Source: Chromera velia (lineage: Eukaryota). Taken from it: a stretch of DNA of 47,582 bases. Every line of letters begins with the position of its first letter. Positions within the stretch are counted from its first letter, which is position 1. Shown one piece after another: positions 1-12,519 of the stretch. A model generated the notes under the pieces. The model searched no databases, had not been told where the DNA came from, and saw only the letters and a program-made list of their open reading frames with translations. Position numbers and translations under genes: made by a program. Where the stretch lies: NCBI GenBank assembly GCA_018398765.1, contig JAHBMJ010000437.1:1-47582 (forward strand), in the 5' to 3' direction.

Positions 1-56
1 TAGAAATTGCTTGTGTATGTGTGAGTTATCATTGCATCAAGATTGATTGATCTGCC

Positions 57-491
57 TTGCTGAATGCTTATGCGCTTTATCCCCCTAGTAGTACTTACTT
101 CGTATGTGTCGGAATTTCTGCTGTGCTTTGTTGGGGAGCTGCAACTACCTTTGTGACTCCTTCTTCTAATGAGTCCGGCCATCTCTTTCTCTCGCTTGTT
201 TCCCTTCTTCCTTCTTCCGTCCTCGTTGCTTTCCTGTTTTGCTTTCTTATTTTGTTTTCTTCCCTCACTCAATGGATATCATTTATGCGTTCAAGGCGGC
301 GGCACTCTGAGTTTCCGCGATTTGTTTTATATAATTACAAAAAGGTGGTGTCTCAGAGTGTCATCCTTTGGGCGATGGTAGAAGAAATACAGAAACGACT
401 CTTAATTCAGGTTTCTGCACGTAACTGGATAACGATTCGATTTTGGCTTGCGTTTGTTCTGGCTTTGATTTGGCTCTGGCTCAGGTTTTAG
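57..491 (+). pseudogene. Possible remnant of a Penelope-like RT C-terminal region (continues left of window)
   Basis: PRFVLYNYKKVVSQS resembles PRFVHGNACVVSRS in the RT at 36894-37685, and LLNAYALY resembles LLQRYDFY. The similarity is weak and judged by eye only. Confidence 0.3.
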
Positions 492-958
492 CTTTGGAAA
501 GGTTTGATGAATTGCGGGTTGAAGTAGTTTATTTGTCTTGACTTGTCTGGATACACTGAGTTTGGCAGCGCCAATGCGAAATTAATCGTTGCAGAGTCTG
601 TATAGCATGCATTCCGCACCGCCTAGCTTTCAATGCGTGGCGTGTTTCGGCACGTCGAGGTGCAGGTCATATGTATAGCCTTTGATGAGCTGCCTATAGC
701 TGCCTGCTTGTAAGCAGTTGTGCACTAACTGTACTCTTTCAATTAACTCAACGGGAAGGCATACACCTATCTTAGCCTCCTACAGAATAAATACATATAT
801 AGGAATATAGACGATAGTTGATTTATATAGTTAACTAGTACTAAAATTTCTTAGAAGAAGCTAAATTTATTAACATAATGGTTTAAATATTTATTATCAG
901 CTTACTTATCATTATTGATAAACTAAAAAAAAATCTATTAAACTTATATTTTATGCTA

Positions 959-1350
959 CCCTAGACGACAAAATTATTGAATAAACTTCAAGTGATAAAA
1001 AAAAATCAAAAAAATAGAGTAAAGAAGGAAACAATACTTTTAATTAAACTGTTTTTAAAATGGTTTTATTTTGTTATTGTGTTAAGGCTATTCTATATCT
1101 ATTTGTTATTTATCTTATGAAAATATGTTTTTTATACACCATGAACGACCCTAAGGGTCTTAAATTGGGTGTGTTGGTTTCAATAGTAGTTATATAGGCA
1201 AAGATGAACCAATACAGCCCTAGTATCATACTAGCAACTACACTGGCTCTAAAACTTTTAAAGAAGGGAGCTTGATCCAATGTCGTCCCCAAAAATGAAA
1301 TTTCGCCAAACTCAAAAATTTTATTCAATAATTTTGTCGCCTAGGGTGTG
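959..1350. repeat. ~390-bp unit with its own terminal inverted repeats, copy 1
   Basis: Near-identical to 2275-2671. Begins ccctagacgacaaaattattgaataaa and ends tttattcaataattttgtcgcctagggtgtg. Confidence 0.9.
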
Positions 1351-2274
1351 TAACGATCAACATTTACAGATTAAATGGACAAGTCTTAAAGCATTTAAAG
1401 CTTATAATTTTTATTTAACTTTGTTGTTAAGCTACAGGATTATATACCTTGTCTTTGCTTCTTAACAATGATATTGAGTGAGAAACAAATTATAACGTGA
1501 AGTCATTAAGTTACATTTCCGATACCGAATTTTTTTCTATGTTTTACTTTTTTGAGTAAGCTTCTAACACTGTGAGGGTATATTTGTTTAGCTACAAAAT
1601 TATAAACAAAAACAACTTTCTTTTTGCGTGTTTATTTGTATATATGTTACTTGTTGGTGTAGGTAGAGAAGAAAATTATATCACACACAAAAAATGTGAG
1701 CGATAATAAGAAATCTGAACAAAAATCTGTGTGCATCATCTACCTTTAGCTGACTATAGAACAAGAACAGTTAAGCTAATTATTGTCAAGAAGACTTATG
1801 CTGCTTTTTATATTTTGCTTCATAATTAGTTAAGAGTGAATAAAAATTTTAAAACTTTCGTTATGTAAAAAATATATCGTTTTTAGAAAAAATCGTTTAC
1901 ACCATAGAAAACACGATCACAATTATTCTATAAAAGTACTATACAGCTTTTGTTTTTTAATATAGTTTTGCTTTAAAAGAAAACATAATGTTATAATGTT
2001 TTATTATATTTTATTACTTTTGTTCTTCTTGGGGTTTTTGTTGTTATGTTTGTGAATTCATCGCTTTCTCTGCATAAACATTGTATTGCACCTTAAGTGT
2101 TGTATTACATCTGAAAAATAAAGAGAACAAAAGATTGTTTTAACAGTAGAGAAAATGTAATACAAGATGTATTACATAACAGAAAAACAACTTTCTCAGT
2201 ATTATTGTACTGTTCAAATTGACTGTGAAAACAAAGTAAAAAATTAAAACATGAGAAATGTTAATTTTTGCCTT

Positions 2275-2671
2275 CACACCCTAGACGACAAAATTATTGA
2301 ATAAACTTCAAGTGATAAAAAAAAAATCAAAAAAATAGAGTAAAGAAGGAAACAATACTTTTAATTAAACTGTTTTTAAAATGGTTTTATTTTGTTATTG
2401 TGTTAAGGCTATTCTATATTTATTTGCTATTTATCTTGTGAAAATATGTTTTTTATACACCGTGAACGACCCTAGGGGTCTTACATTGGGTGTGTTGGTT
2501 TCAATAGTAGTTATATAGGCAAAGATGAACCAATACAGCCCTAGTATCATACTAGCAACTACACTGGCTTTAAAACTTTTAAAGAAGGGAGCTTGATCCA
2601 ATGTCGTCCCCAAAAATGAAATTTCGCCAAACTCAAAAATTTTATTCAGTAATTTTGTTGTCTAGCGTGTG
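2275..2671. repeat. ~390-bp unit with its own terminal inverted repeats, copy 2
   Basis: Direct repeat of 959-1350. The ORFs 1110..1328 and 2431..2613 give near-identical translations. Confidence 0.9.
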
Positions 2672-3361
2672 ACAATAATTTTGTTGCCTAGGGTAGTATT
2701 TTATATTAAAAAAAGAATTTTATTCATATATAAAGGTTAGACTTCCGCATAGAGGTCCACTTTCAAGCATAGGGACTTCTTTATCTATGGAGAGCACATG
2801 GTGCATGGAGCTTTGGTCAATTCAATTTTAGGCCACGAACTGATTGTATTGACAATTGAAACTTTTGTACTGGAAAGTGACTTTAAAAATTTTAGTTTTT
2901 AAAACATTAAAAAAGATAGTTTAACCTTTAAACTAATGGATTTTCATAATCTATTTAGGCTTATTTAAGCTTAGTAAGATGAAAGGTAGTGTACATTAGT
3001 TTAAAAAAAATAATTTAAAAAAATATGTATAAATTGTCTGGTACCTATCATCATAAACGCTAAGACGAAAACACAACAAGAAATACATCTGAATGGCTCT
3101 GAATCGATCCGATTGAAGCATTTCTTCTCATGATCATAACTGATTTGTTTTCAATTCATATGAGGCACTGCTCAACGGCAGGTATGTCAAGGGCAGGGGG
3201 GGGGGGCATCTCACTATATATCAAACATACACACCCGTGAATACCACCTGCAGAAATACGTGCACACAAACAAAAAGTCAGTCGAATCGCCAGAATACAC
3301 ACAAAAGCATGCATGCAAATATAACTTATATCTTTAATTTACATCAGAATGATATATGAAA

Positions 3362-3639
3362 GCAGGAAGACCAAAATTAGGAAAGCAATCGGGCAGGCAA
3401 GAAGGCCGAAATCGGGAAAACAATCAGGCAAGCAGGAAGGCCGAAATCAGGAAAGCAATCGGGCGGGCAGGAAGCCCGAAATTGGAAGGCAGTCAGGCCG
3501 CTAAGAAGACCGAAATTGGAAGGTAGTCATGTGGGCAGAAAAAAAGAACTTTGGGAGGCAGTCAGACACACAAGAAGGCTGAAGTTGGGAAGACTATCGG
3601 GCAAGCAGGAAGACCAAAACTAAGAAGGCAATCGGGCGG
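3362..3639. repeat. Degenerate 34-35-bp minisatellite, about 8 copies
   Basis: Tandem units resembling gcaggaaggccgaaatcaggaaagcaatcgggcgg. Confidence 0.85.
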
Positions 3640-3947
3640 AGGGTCTTGGTGACCCTTCCAGAGAGGGCAATCGTAAAAAGAACTAACTTGATCTGGGAGT
3701 CTAGACGGCTACAAAGATCTTTAGAAATGCTGTGCAAGTCCTCCCAATCCAACACAACTGCCTCTGGAAGCACAGAAAGAGGTTCACAGGACGAAGTGCG
3801 CAAGAGGGAAGAAACTCATAAGTTTCTGACCCCTCTAAAAATGAGGTTCTGGAACAACAAGCTGAACACGATTTCGTCGTTGTCAAGCCTTCCAATATAA
3901 CCCAATAGAACGCTTGACAATGAGATTTTGTGGATAGAGGCCCATTT

Positions 3948-4451
3948 TGTGAATTAGATCGGCTATACTTGGGCTCTGCTAGCTCAGATACCTAATCAGA
4001 TACATGAAGCCGGGTCCTGTCTTAACAAGACTGTAAGTCTGTATGTCTTTGCAATATCCAATTGTTCGTTGTGAATCAATCAAATTCTGTGACTCTGAAT
4101 CTATTGCTTAAATTATATGTATGCATGATCATGCATGACGTATCGATGTACATGTATGCACGTGGGCCAGCCGCGGTGCCGGACTGGGCCGCTCCATCAG
4201 GTACATGGATCGGATGTGGGTCTTTCAGGGGGCACACTGGTAATTGAGGAACATATACGGTACAAGGCCACAGTGAGGAAGCTGTATACAGTGGCTCTGG
4301 GCGGAAGCCCTTCAGACAAACACTCCACATACCATACAGTCTGCTGGTACTACCACACACTGACTGGAAGATTGAATTCATTTCACTTCACAGCAGTCAT
4401 GCATATGTTGCATGCACACACTCAGTGACTGTCTGCATTTCCAGTTTCATA
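3948..4451 (-). repeat. 3' LTR (504 bp)
   Basis: tgtgaattag...cagtttcata. Matches 7019-7509 with a 12-bp indel and mostly transition differences. Confidence 0.9.
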
Positions 4452-4570
4452 TTCACCCTCCTAGTGCAGTGGCCTTTTGAAAATAAGCTTGTGCACTGAA
4501 ACTAGGTGAGCAAATTCCAATAAAAGACAAAAGGTCAATTCACCCTCCATCCTTGCTGTTAACCTTTTCA

Positions 4571-5889
4571 TTATCTCTTCTTGACAAGTCGCTTGAGTGC
4601 CTCCCATTCATCTGCGCTCTCGTCTGAGTTAATGAGAGACTCACAGTCAGATTCCCACATTTCGCCATGCCTCTCATAGGAGTCAATCGAGGAGATGGAG
4701 GTTAATCTCTTGATGGAGAGTTTTGCTTTCCCCCCCTTCTCCTTTCCTCCTTCTTTGTCCTTTTCCTTTTCCTTCACTTTGTTGCTCTCTTTCTTCTCCT
4801 TTCCGTTCTCCCTCTCTGCCCATTTCTTTTCTTTAAACTCTGCTATGTTCACCATGAACCTTGCGATCGTATCATCAGAATAGGGACAGGACGCTTGATG
4901 ATGTCCCTCCTCCACATATCTCATACATCTCTTTGCAAGGTGATCGGGGATAGACTTAAAAATCGGTTTCACCCCCGATTCTGTATTGTCGTCCGAGTCG
5001 TTGCTCTTCCCCCTGATCTAGCGGATCTTCCTTTTGCTGTCTTTTCTCCTTCCTCGGTTTTCTTGCCTCCCTTTACTGCCTTTTTTAGGACTGCTTTCAG
5101 CGGTCCCGTCTCCATCACTCCTCTGTCGTCTTCATCTTTTCTTTTATCAAAGGAGGTTGCTTGTGCCTTCGCCAACGCTTTGACCAAGGCAATCACCTCA
5201 TCAAAGTCCGTCTCATCCCTTAAGTCCTTGTAGATAGACTGCTGCTCTTCTTTTCTCAGTCCCTACACAAGCACCGCGAACTTTAAAAAGGCATCGGGCT
5301 CATACCCGAATTTTCTGCAACCTGCAAGCAAATCTTGAAACAGCTAAATCCTTTTTTTTGGTCCCCCCGGAACTTTAACAAAGAGAAAAGCAAAGAAAAA
5401 AAGGAATAGCTTCAGCTTTTGGGACATCTGAAAGGTTTCGTAGTGTCTGAGGATGAATTCCCACTATTTTTCGAAGGGGACAACATTTCTTGGGCCGCCC
5501 GACTCCCTCACCCTCTGCACAATATCAAAAAACGAGTCGTCTTCTTCAACATGCTCAACCAAGTCGTAATATAGACCGGTATCCAGCTTATCCAGCACCT
5601 CAGCAGCTACGTCAGCTTCTGCTGTGTCCAAATTGATGCCAAGGTACCACACCACCCATCTCTGCTTCGCCTCTTTGTAGTTTTTGAAGCGAGCTTTGGA
5701 TCTGGCAAAACCACCAGTCTCTGTGTAGCGAGGAGGACGGGGCTCTTTTTTTTGGACTCCGCTCCTCTGCTTCTGACTCCCCTTTCCAAGCAGGTCCGCC
5801 AGTATAGGTCTCTGCCTATAAGAGCTTGACTGCTGCTTCTGACTAAAAACAGGCGTTTGGTTCTCATCGGCCATATCGAAATCAAGCAA
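4571..5889 (-). pseudogene. gag-like remnant with degenerate CCHC zinc knuckle
   Basis: Consecutive minus-strand ORF fragments 5464..5889, 4969..5196 and 4571..4972 lie between the LTRs. CMRYVEEGHHQASC fits CX2CX4HX4C with a C>Y change. Confidence 0.7.
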
Positions 5890-5961
5890 CAGTAGAGAGC
5901 TATATAGAGAGGGATATTGACTTCAATGTTTCTGTTCAAGCAGAACCCCAATTTTATGGGC

Positions 5962-6979
5962 TAAGGTATTCGACTATTTCAATTACGATTAAGATTTTAT
6001 AGGTAAGATCATATAAAATATATAATAAAAATATAAATTACATAAACATTTTAGGCTAAAGGAACGTAGTTCATCTTAAAAAGCTTGAATCCGGTGAAAT
6101 TAATAAGTGTGATTACGGGAAAAAATAATCATATACCCTCCTTTTTATAGTATGTCTCTTACAACTGATTACGGATTACGAGATTACGGCATCTTTTAAA
6201 AGACCACCAATATTTTTTTTCCTTGCATGCCATCGCTTATCTCCCAGAAAGTACAAGGCTTCCCGCTGTAGCTCATACAAAAGACAATAAAAATTGTTAA
6301 TTCTCTTGTTCTGTAGTCTTTTGAGCGCCTATCAGGGATTTAAGCTGGGGATTCAGGGGCAAAGGGAGGGGGGGAGACTGATGGAAGAGGTGTTGAGTTG
6401 ACTACTCGGCCTCTCTCGGGAAGCCGCATAGCAACAGCAACCGCCGCAAGCCTGATTCTATTGCAGCCCAAAATTTGCCTTCATACTGTCAGTTTTGCTG
6501 TTGTTTTTTATTGGTTGCACCATGCAAAAGTCGTAGGAAAAGGCTAGAGAAAAAGTCTGTTCATGGAGGAGGATAAGCTGCAAAAAGTTGAAGAAGCGTT
6601 TAAAAAGCTTCTCATCAAGGACCCTGGTGTTGTCATGGATGTTGAGATTGAAGTCTAGTGATGACATTATTACATCATGACGGTTTTCTTTTGTTTTTTG
6701 AAGGAAGGTCCACGGAGGGGGGCTGTTTACTCCATTTAACTATATATTACGGATTACGAGTTTACGAGCCCTTTCTAGATATCACCTGGAGACAAGACTT
6801 TCATCGCAGATTACAAGTGAACCAGTGAGCATTCTGATGAGATCTTGACTTTATTTGAAGTAATTTAATGTGATAAGTCCTAAAAAAATGTTTTTAGTGT
6901 AGGGGTGACGTTAAATACTAACATACCCTATGTGTAACCCCTAAAATTCATCTAGTAATATTTTAAGTCGATTACCCTA
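5962..6979. mobile_element. Putative nested hAT-like TIR element inside the LTR element
   Basis: taaggtattcgact (from 5962) is an imperfect inverted repeat of agtcgattacccta (ending 6979). Multiple gattacg/ttacg motifs occur inside. No convincing TSD. Confidence 0.5.
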
Positions 6980-7018
6980 ATTGTGCGGGACCGTCTGCCC
7001 TACCTGGGATTGCACCAA

Positions 7019-7509
7019 TATGAATTAGATTGGCTATACTTGGGCTCTACTAGCTCAGATATATGAAGCCGGGTCCTCTCTTAACAAGACTGTAAGTCTG
7101 TGTGTCTTTGTAACATCCGATTGTTCGTTGTGAATCAACCATTTTGTGACTCTGAATCTATTGCTTAAATTGCATGCATGCATGATCACGCATGACGTAT
7201 CGATGTACATGTATGCACGTGGGCCAACCGCGGTGCCGGACTGGGCCGCTCTATTAGGTGCATGGATCGGGATGTGGGTCTTTCAGGGGGCGCACTGGTG
7301 ATCGAGGAATACATATGGTACAGGGCTACAGTGAGGAAGCTGTACACAGTGGCTCTGGGCGGAAGCCCTTCAGACGAACACTCCACATACCATACAGTCT
7401 GCTGGTACTACCACACACTGACTGGAAGATTGAATTCATTTCACTTCACAGCAGTCATGCATACGTTGCATGTACATACTCAATGACTGTCTACATTTCC
7501 AGTTTCATA
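7019..7509 (-). repeat. 5' LTR (491 bp)
   Basis: tatgaattag...cagtttcata, adjacent to the PBS. Confidence 0.9.
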
Positions 7510-10500
7510 CATTCTGTTGACCCGACTTTCTGACTGGAGGAGAACTTTCTGAAGACCTGACTGAGAATTTTTCAGATCGGCATTTTGATGGGTCAGCGCG
7601 CAGCCAGGAAGTGCTTTTTGGCCTTGGCGGCCGGCCAGACCCTGGCCCGCAACGCGTAGCTTGCCTTCCGGGACCGTCATACGGTTGGCCGATCTAAAAT
7701 TGGCTCCCAAAATCAGTTTTCCATCGAATGTTTCAAGTCAGAGGACGACCTCGCAGATGAGAGTACCGCCTCTCTCCCATCACACAGACTTGCTCTCCAG
7801 CGATGAAAGTAGGCTTTATCAAAAGTCTAGAGGATTGGCGTCTTTGCCTTTTCTTGGGTTTATGACATTCACTCTACTGGTTGCCCTGAGAGGGCCATTT
7901 CCATCTTCTATCACGATGGGCACGGCCCGTCTCCACCTAGGTCTCCACGCAAAGGGGCCTAGAAAGTTGCCCCAGTAAAGCTTCCAGTGAATCCCTTCCA
8001 TGCGTGCGCTCTAACAAGCTCTAGATGAGGAGCTAGAAAGGCTTTCTGGATGGGGGGGCCAGCTCTGGGGGGGCAAAAGGTGAGCCACTTTGTGAATTTT
8101 TGCATATCTGTGCTGCAGGTCAGACTCAGCCTTTCGCGAAGGACCGTTTGTCGGTGCTTGGGTTTCGTGAGGAAGTATTACGGCTAGTAATCTCAGGTGA
8201 TTTGAAGTTTTGGAAGTGAGGTGCAGCTCCCGTTTGCGTGAGAATTTGGAGGTAGGGCTCCTTGGTGGACTAAGACCCAGTACCGGGCCTTGCCCAGAAA
8301 AAGCAAGAATGCTATGATGGCCGGTCATAGGCAAGGTGCTCTGGCTAGAGGCCGTAGATCGATCAGGCTTTCAGAAGCTAAGCATTTACCTCTTGCATGG
8401 TCATAGTGCTCAACATGTGTTCGGTTGAACTGCTTTCTGTGGGTGTCAAATCGGCAGATCTGTTTGTCGACATTCATTCTTACCTTTCATGGGGGTTGCC
8501 CGCTGTGTGCTCCCTCCTTACATCAGTATGCAGATTCGGCGTATTCCATTAGAAGTAAGAGTTAGCTTGTTTGTGCATTACACTGCTTGCAGCAGCCTGC
8601 AGAGTCTGCACTTACTCTCTAACATCAATATACTCTAACTCTTTCACCTCACTCATGTGCAACAATTTCCAACACTCACACTACACACCCATTAAAGCTT
8701 ATCTTTAAAAGTTCTTCACGCTTTCATGCAGGTAAAAAACAATAAATAGAATTATTCTAAGTGTTTTAAAGACTTTAAAAGACTTAGTTTTTTATGTAGT
8801 ATTTAGTTTGATATATAGAAAATTAAAAGTCACTTTCTAGTATAAAAGTTTCAATTGAATTGTCAGTACAGTCAGTTTACGGAATTTACCATACAAAAGC
8901 TTCAAAACCACCACAATTCCAAAAAGGGGGGCGGATCAAGCTAGGGCACTTAGTGAACAATTCCCGCATTTCAATTTCCATTGTATTCTTTAATTAATTA
9001 AGGAGTTTGCATGAGTGCCTAGATAAGTACGTCAACCACCGGCTACCGTAGACATCAACCAGTTAACTTATAGTTTTTTACCTTTCTGGGGCCGTTCGCA
9101 AGCTTGCGCTTATGATAGCTTGCAACAGATAATTCTTTTGAAAGGGCATAGACCTGTGGCCCACGGCAGTTTCGGACACAGACTCTTGGAAAAATCCTAA
9201 CAATATATATATAGCAATCCCAGAATATGGCCCCAAAAAACAAAACAGAAGGCACTTTAATACCAAACACTCCCAGTGACTCCCAAAATCAATCCCAGAG
9301 CCCACGACATGGCCTCGGAAAGCGAAACGGGGGGCACTTACAAAACAGAAATATCTCAGCTCATGCATGCTAGTCTTTCACAAAAAAAAAAACTGGAAAG
9401 ATCTCGTGCTAAATAGTCTAGGAAAGCGTGAACCCATCGTTGCCCATCGCTATGGATGTGTGCGTCAGATGAGTTGCCACAGAAAGTGAAGCGAGGGGTG
9501 CTTATCTACCATGATTGTGGCGATTGATGTGTCAAGTTGCCGAAAGGAAAAAATATGATGATTGAAGGTTTTGTCATATATGCTGCGTCCCCATGTATGA
9601 GAGGCGGATCTAGCCTAGTTTTTCGATTTGTTCCATCCTAAAACCCAAGGCGGCTAAGACAGACGCGACTTCGATCACTTTAATACAGCTATCGATCGCG
9701 GTTTCACCATAACTTTCATAGCAGGATAGACAAATAAAAGAGAGATAAAAAAGACAGAGGGGATGCAGGGCAGAACTTTTATGACACTTTAGTTCTTTTA
9801 TTGGAAAAAGCTACCCCTTTAATCAGAAAGACCTTAATTATACAGAGGTCCTTCCGCACGTCTTCCATCCTAATAATCTCTTCAAAAAACTCCTGCTTTA
9901 AACACCCCATCAAAACTCTTTCTTTAAATACAGTTCCCCAAACCTTTCCGAACGATTCTCCTTTTTAAAAATCTTTTTTCTCTCTTCTTTCATCTCTCTT
10001 CTTTCTTCTCGCATTGCCAAAAAAATTCATTCAGTTTATGCCCTCCCAGTCAAAAGACCCAGAGAACGTGGCCACTTCCTTCCTAAGCAACCCCTTAGGC
10101 TGGAAAAGGCCCTTTGTGCCCTTCCTACTGTAAATGGAGGACAAAACGTTTGCTGTGACAAAATGCTGCAGAGTGACTATCACTGTGCAGGACAGGAGCT
10201 TGTAGTAGCAGTCTATCAACCTTGCTTGGACTGTTTTGTCTCCTTTCTCACCTTTGACCCTCCCTGCTTCCAATTTTGCTACTTCCGACCTCCCTGAACC
10301 TAACTACCACTTGAAAGTTCAGGCCACATTTTTGAATAAGCTTAAAAGTCTGCGCTGCAGGCGTGGATCATTTATGGTGTCTTGAAGCCAAAGCCGCATA
10401 TCTGGACGGTGTCTTGACTATCTACACCATAGGCATAGACGGTCTCTTAAAAAAATATGCCACAGATAGAGATGATCTTGATTATATTTTTTTAAGTGGC

Positions 10501-12519
10501 ACTTAGGTTCAAAGAGGTTCTACTTCCTTCAAAAACCTTACTACTCCCTCCCCTGGTCTTCCATAAGTTTCAAAAACAAGCGGCACAAAACGGAAACCGA
10601 TTTTGTGGCAGATCTCCCCATACCTGTCATTCTCGGTCATTCTTCACTTTCTTCATTCCCCTCACTGCTGACCCTACTGTTTTTGCAAATTGGTGCAGGC
10701 TAGCGCAGGTGGTTAGCATCAATGGAGAATGGATGGGTGACAGCAACGTCGGTGAGCACTGTGTCTCCGGACGGGAGCCCCACAAAAAAAGCAGGGCGTT
10801 TCTGTCTCTTTTCGACCAGACGGGTTCCGGTAGACAGGAAAAAACATGCTTTCTAAGGCCGTTCACAGGCTTGCGTGCATCAGATGCATGCAGCAAAAAA
10901 AGCCTCGGAAAGCTTTGCTCCCAATTGGCTCAGAAAAGCGTCAAAACCACCATGCCCCCAGAAAGTGAACCGTCGAGGCAGGGGGCACTTAACAAACAAT
11001 CGAATCCCGGCATCTTTTCGATCACTCGTGACATGGTCGGGGGGGAGACACATCACGACTCGTCTAGCTGGACCACCCCCACCACCACCACGGCTTATGT
11101 AAAAATACGAGTCGTTTGCGGGCCACAAGCTCGCCACCACTGCGCCACCACTGCCATGTCAGCCAGGAGTGATTCTTTTCGCGGGTTCAAACACGTTGCG
11201 TACGTCAACCAGCTATAATTTTTCTTGCTTTCCGGGGCCGTTCGCAACGCGTCACATCCCGGCCGCGACAAAATGCACTGCATGATTCTGTTGGTTCTTT
11301 TCCTCCCTGATGTACGTGCGTCTTCAAACAGGCACGTGTACGTTCACTTTCGAATATTGACGGTGCATCCAGAGATATGTGCGTGCTTCCTTTCATTCTC
11401 TGCCTCACTTCCCCCTGCTTCTTCCTCTATCAGTCTTGGAAGACAACAGTCAAGTGCGTGGATAGTGATTCAGAATAGAACGAATTGCATCTGGCAAAGG
11501 GAAACAACCTTAACAGATGCGTCTCTGTCTTACCTCTTCATTCAAAATCTGCTTCGCTCTCTGCCTGCAGAGATCATATACCGACTTGTTCGATGCCGCT
11601 GAGATCAGCACAGACAGAAGGGGCTGCAAAAAAGCCAAGACTGTGATCAAGAGTCGGTCACCTAGTCGGTTACATACTTCTTCACCCTCCCTGTTTGTGA
11701 ACGTATGAATTGTTTCGAACTGTGTCTTTTAAAAACAATTCTCTCTTCGCTATGCTTTTCCTATCCTTCTCTTTCTCCCACCGTCTCCTCTCACCTCACC
11801 ATGGTATGGCTGAGTTGCCAGGCAGGCGAAGAGGAACCTCCACAAAGGTTAGTCGGTGAGTCTAGTGGCTGATGGTATGGAAAGAAAAGAAAAANGGGGG
11901 GGGGGGGGGGTACTCAATCTAAATGCATGAATTTGTTTGCAGATACTTCTGAGCGCTTTGGGTGACAAACAACACATAGGTTAGTCATAATAGCGACTAA
12001 CTTTGTTATCTCTACCTGCATGTTTGTCTTCACTTTTCACTTCATGGGCTCTGCTCATCCAGACAACCATGAACAGAGCAGATAAGCACCAGGCATTTCC
12101 ATGTGATGGAGGGCCTCGAGTGCTAATTCAAAGCAACTGGTAGACTGCACATAAGTCTACATAAGCTTTTGTATATCCCCCATCCTAAAGCAATGTACAC
12201 CTTTAAGATACTGTAAAAGATGTAGCTATAAATTTAAAGACAATTAGTGATACCGCTGCCCCCCTCCCCCTTTTCCTGTGCTTCCTTGTTTACATATCTC
12301 CTCGGTGCTCTGCTACTGGCAAAGACTGGCAACTACGGATGGAGGACCTCAACAAGCCCCTGGTGGCTCAGCCTCTTCTGCCACCATTCCTCTCTCTCCC
12401 GATACTATCTCGAATGACTGTGCTGCCTTCTCTGTCTAAAAGTGACCTTCTTTCAATCTGAACTCCTCTTCAGACCGATGCGGCTTTCCTGTGCTACATG
12501 CAGACAAAAATGAAACGAT

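Larger units (their letters stand above)
956..2696. mobile_element. Non-autonomous DNA transposon with 24-bp TIRs and a near-perfect 9-bp TSD (MULE-like by TSD length)
   Basis: Left end ctaccctagacgacaaaattattg (956-979) is the inverted complement of caataattttgttgcctagggtag (2673-2696). Flanks are tattttatg (947-955) and tattttata (2697-2705). Confidence 0.7.
3948..7509 (-). mobile_element. Non-autonomous LTR retrotransposon (gag remnant only, no pol seen)
   Basis: Direct LTRs at 3948-4451 and 7019-7509. TSD cattt/cattc (3943-3947, 7510-7514). On the minus strand a PBS TGGTGCAATCCC (7006-7017) lies next to the 5' LTR and a purine tract aggagggtgaa (4452-4462) lies next to the 3' LTR. Confidence 0.9.

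Noticed and set aside
3362..3639. 35-bp repeats as a CRISPR array
   Set aside because: The units are contiguous and degenerate, with no unique spacers and no cas genes, and the context is eukaryotic.
10060..10140. RAFSSLRG peptide on the minus strand as a hAT dimerisation motif
   Set aside because: The match is too short and is surrounded by stops; another frame is more open.
10496..11218. 240-aa plus-strand ORF
   Set aside because: It has a non-ATG start, no recognisable motif and no codon bias.
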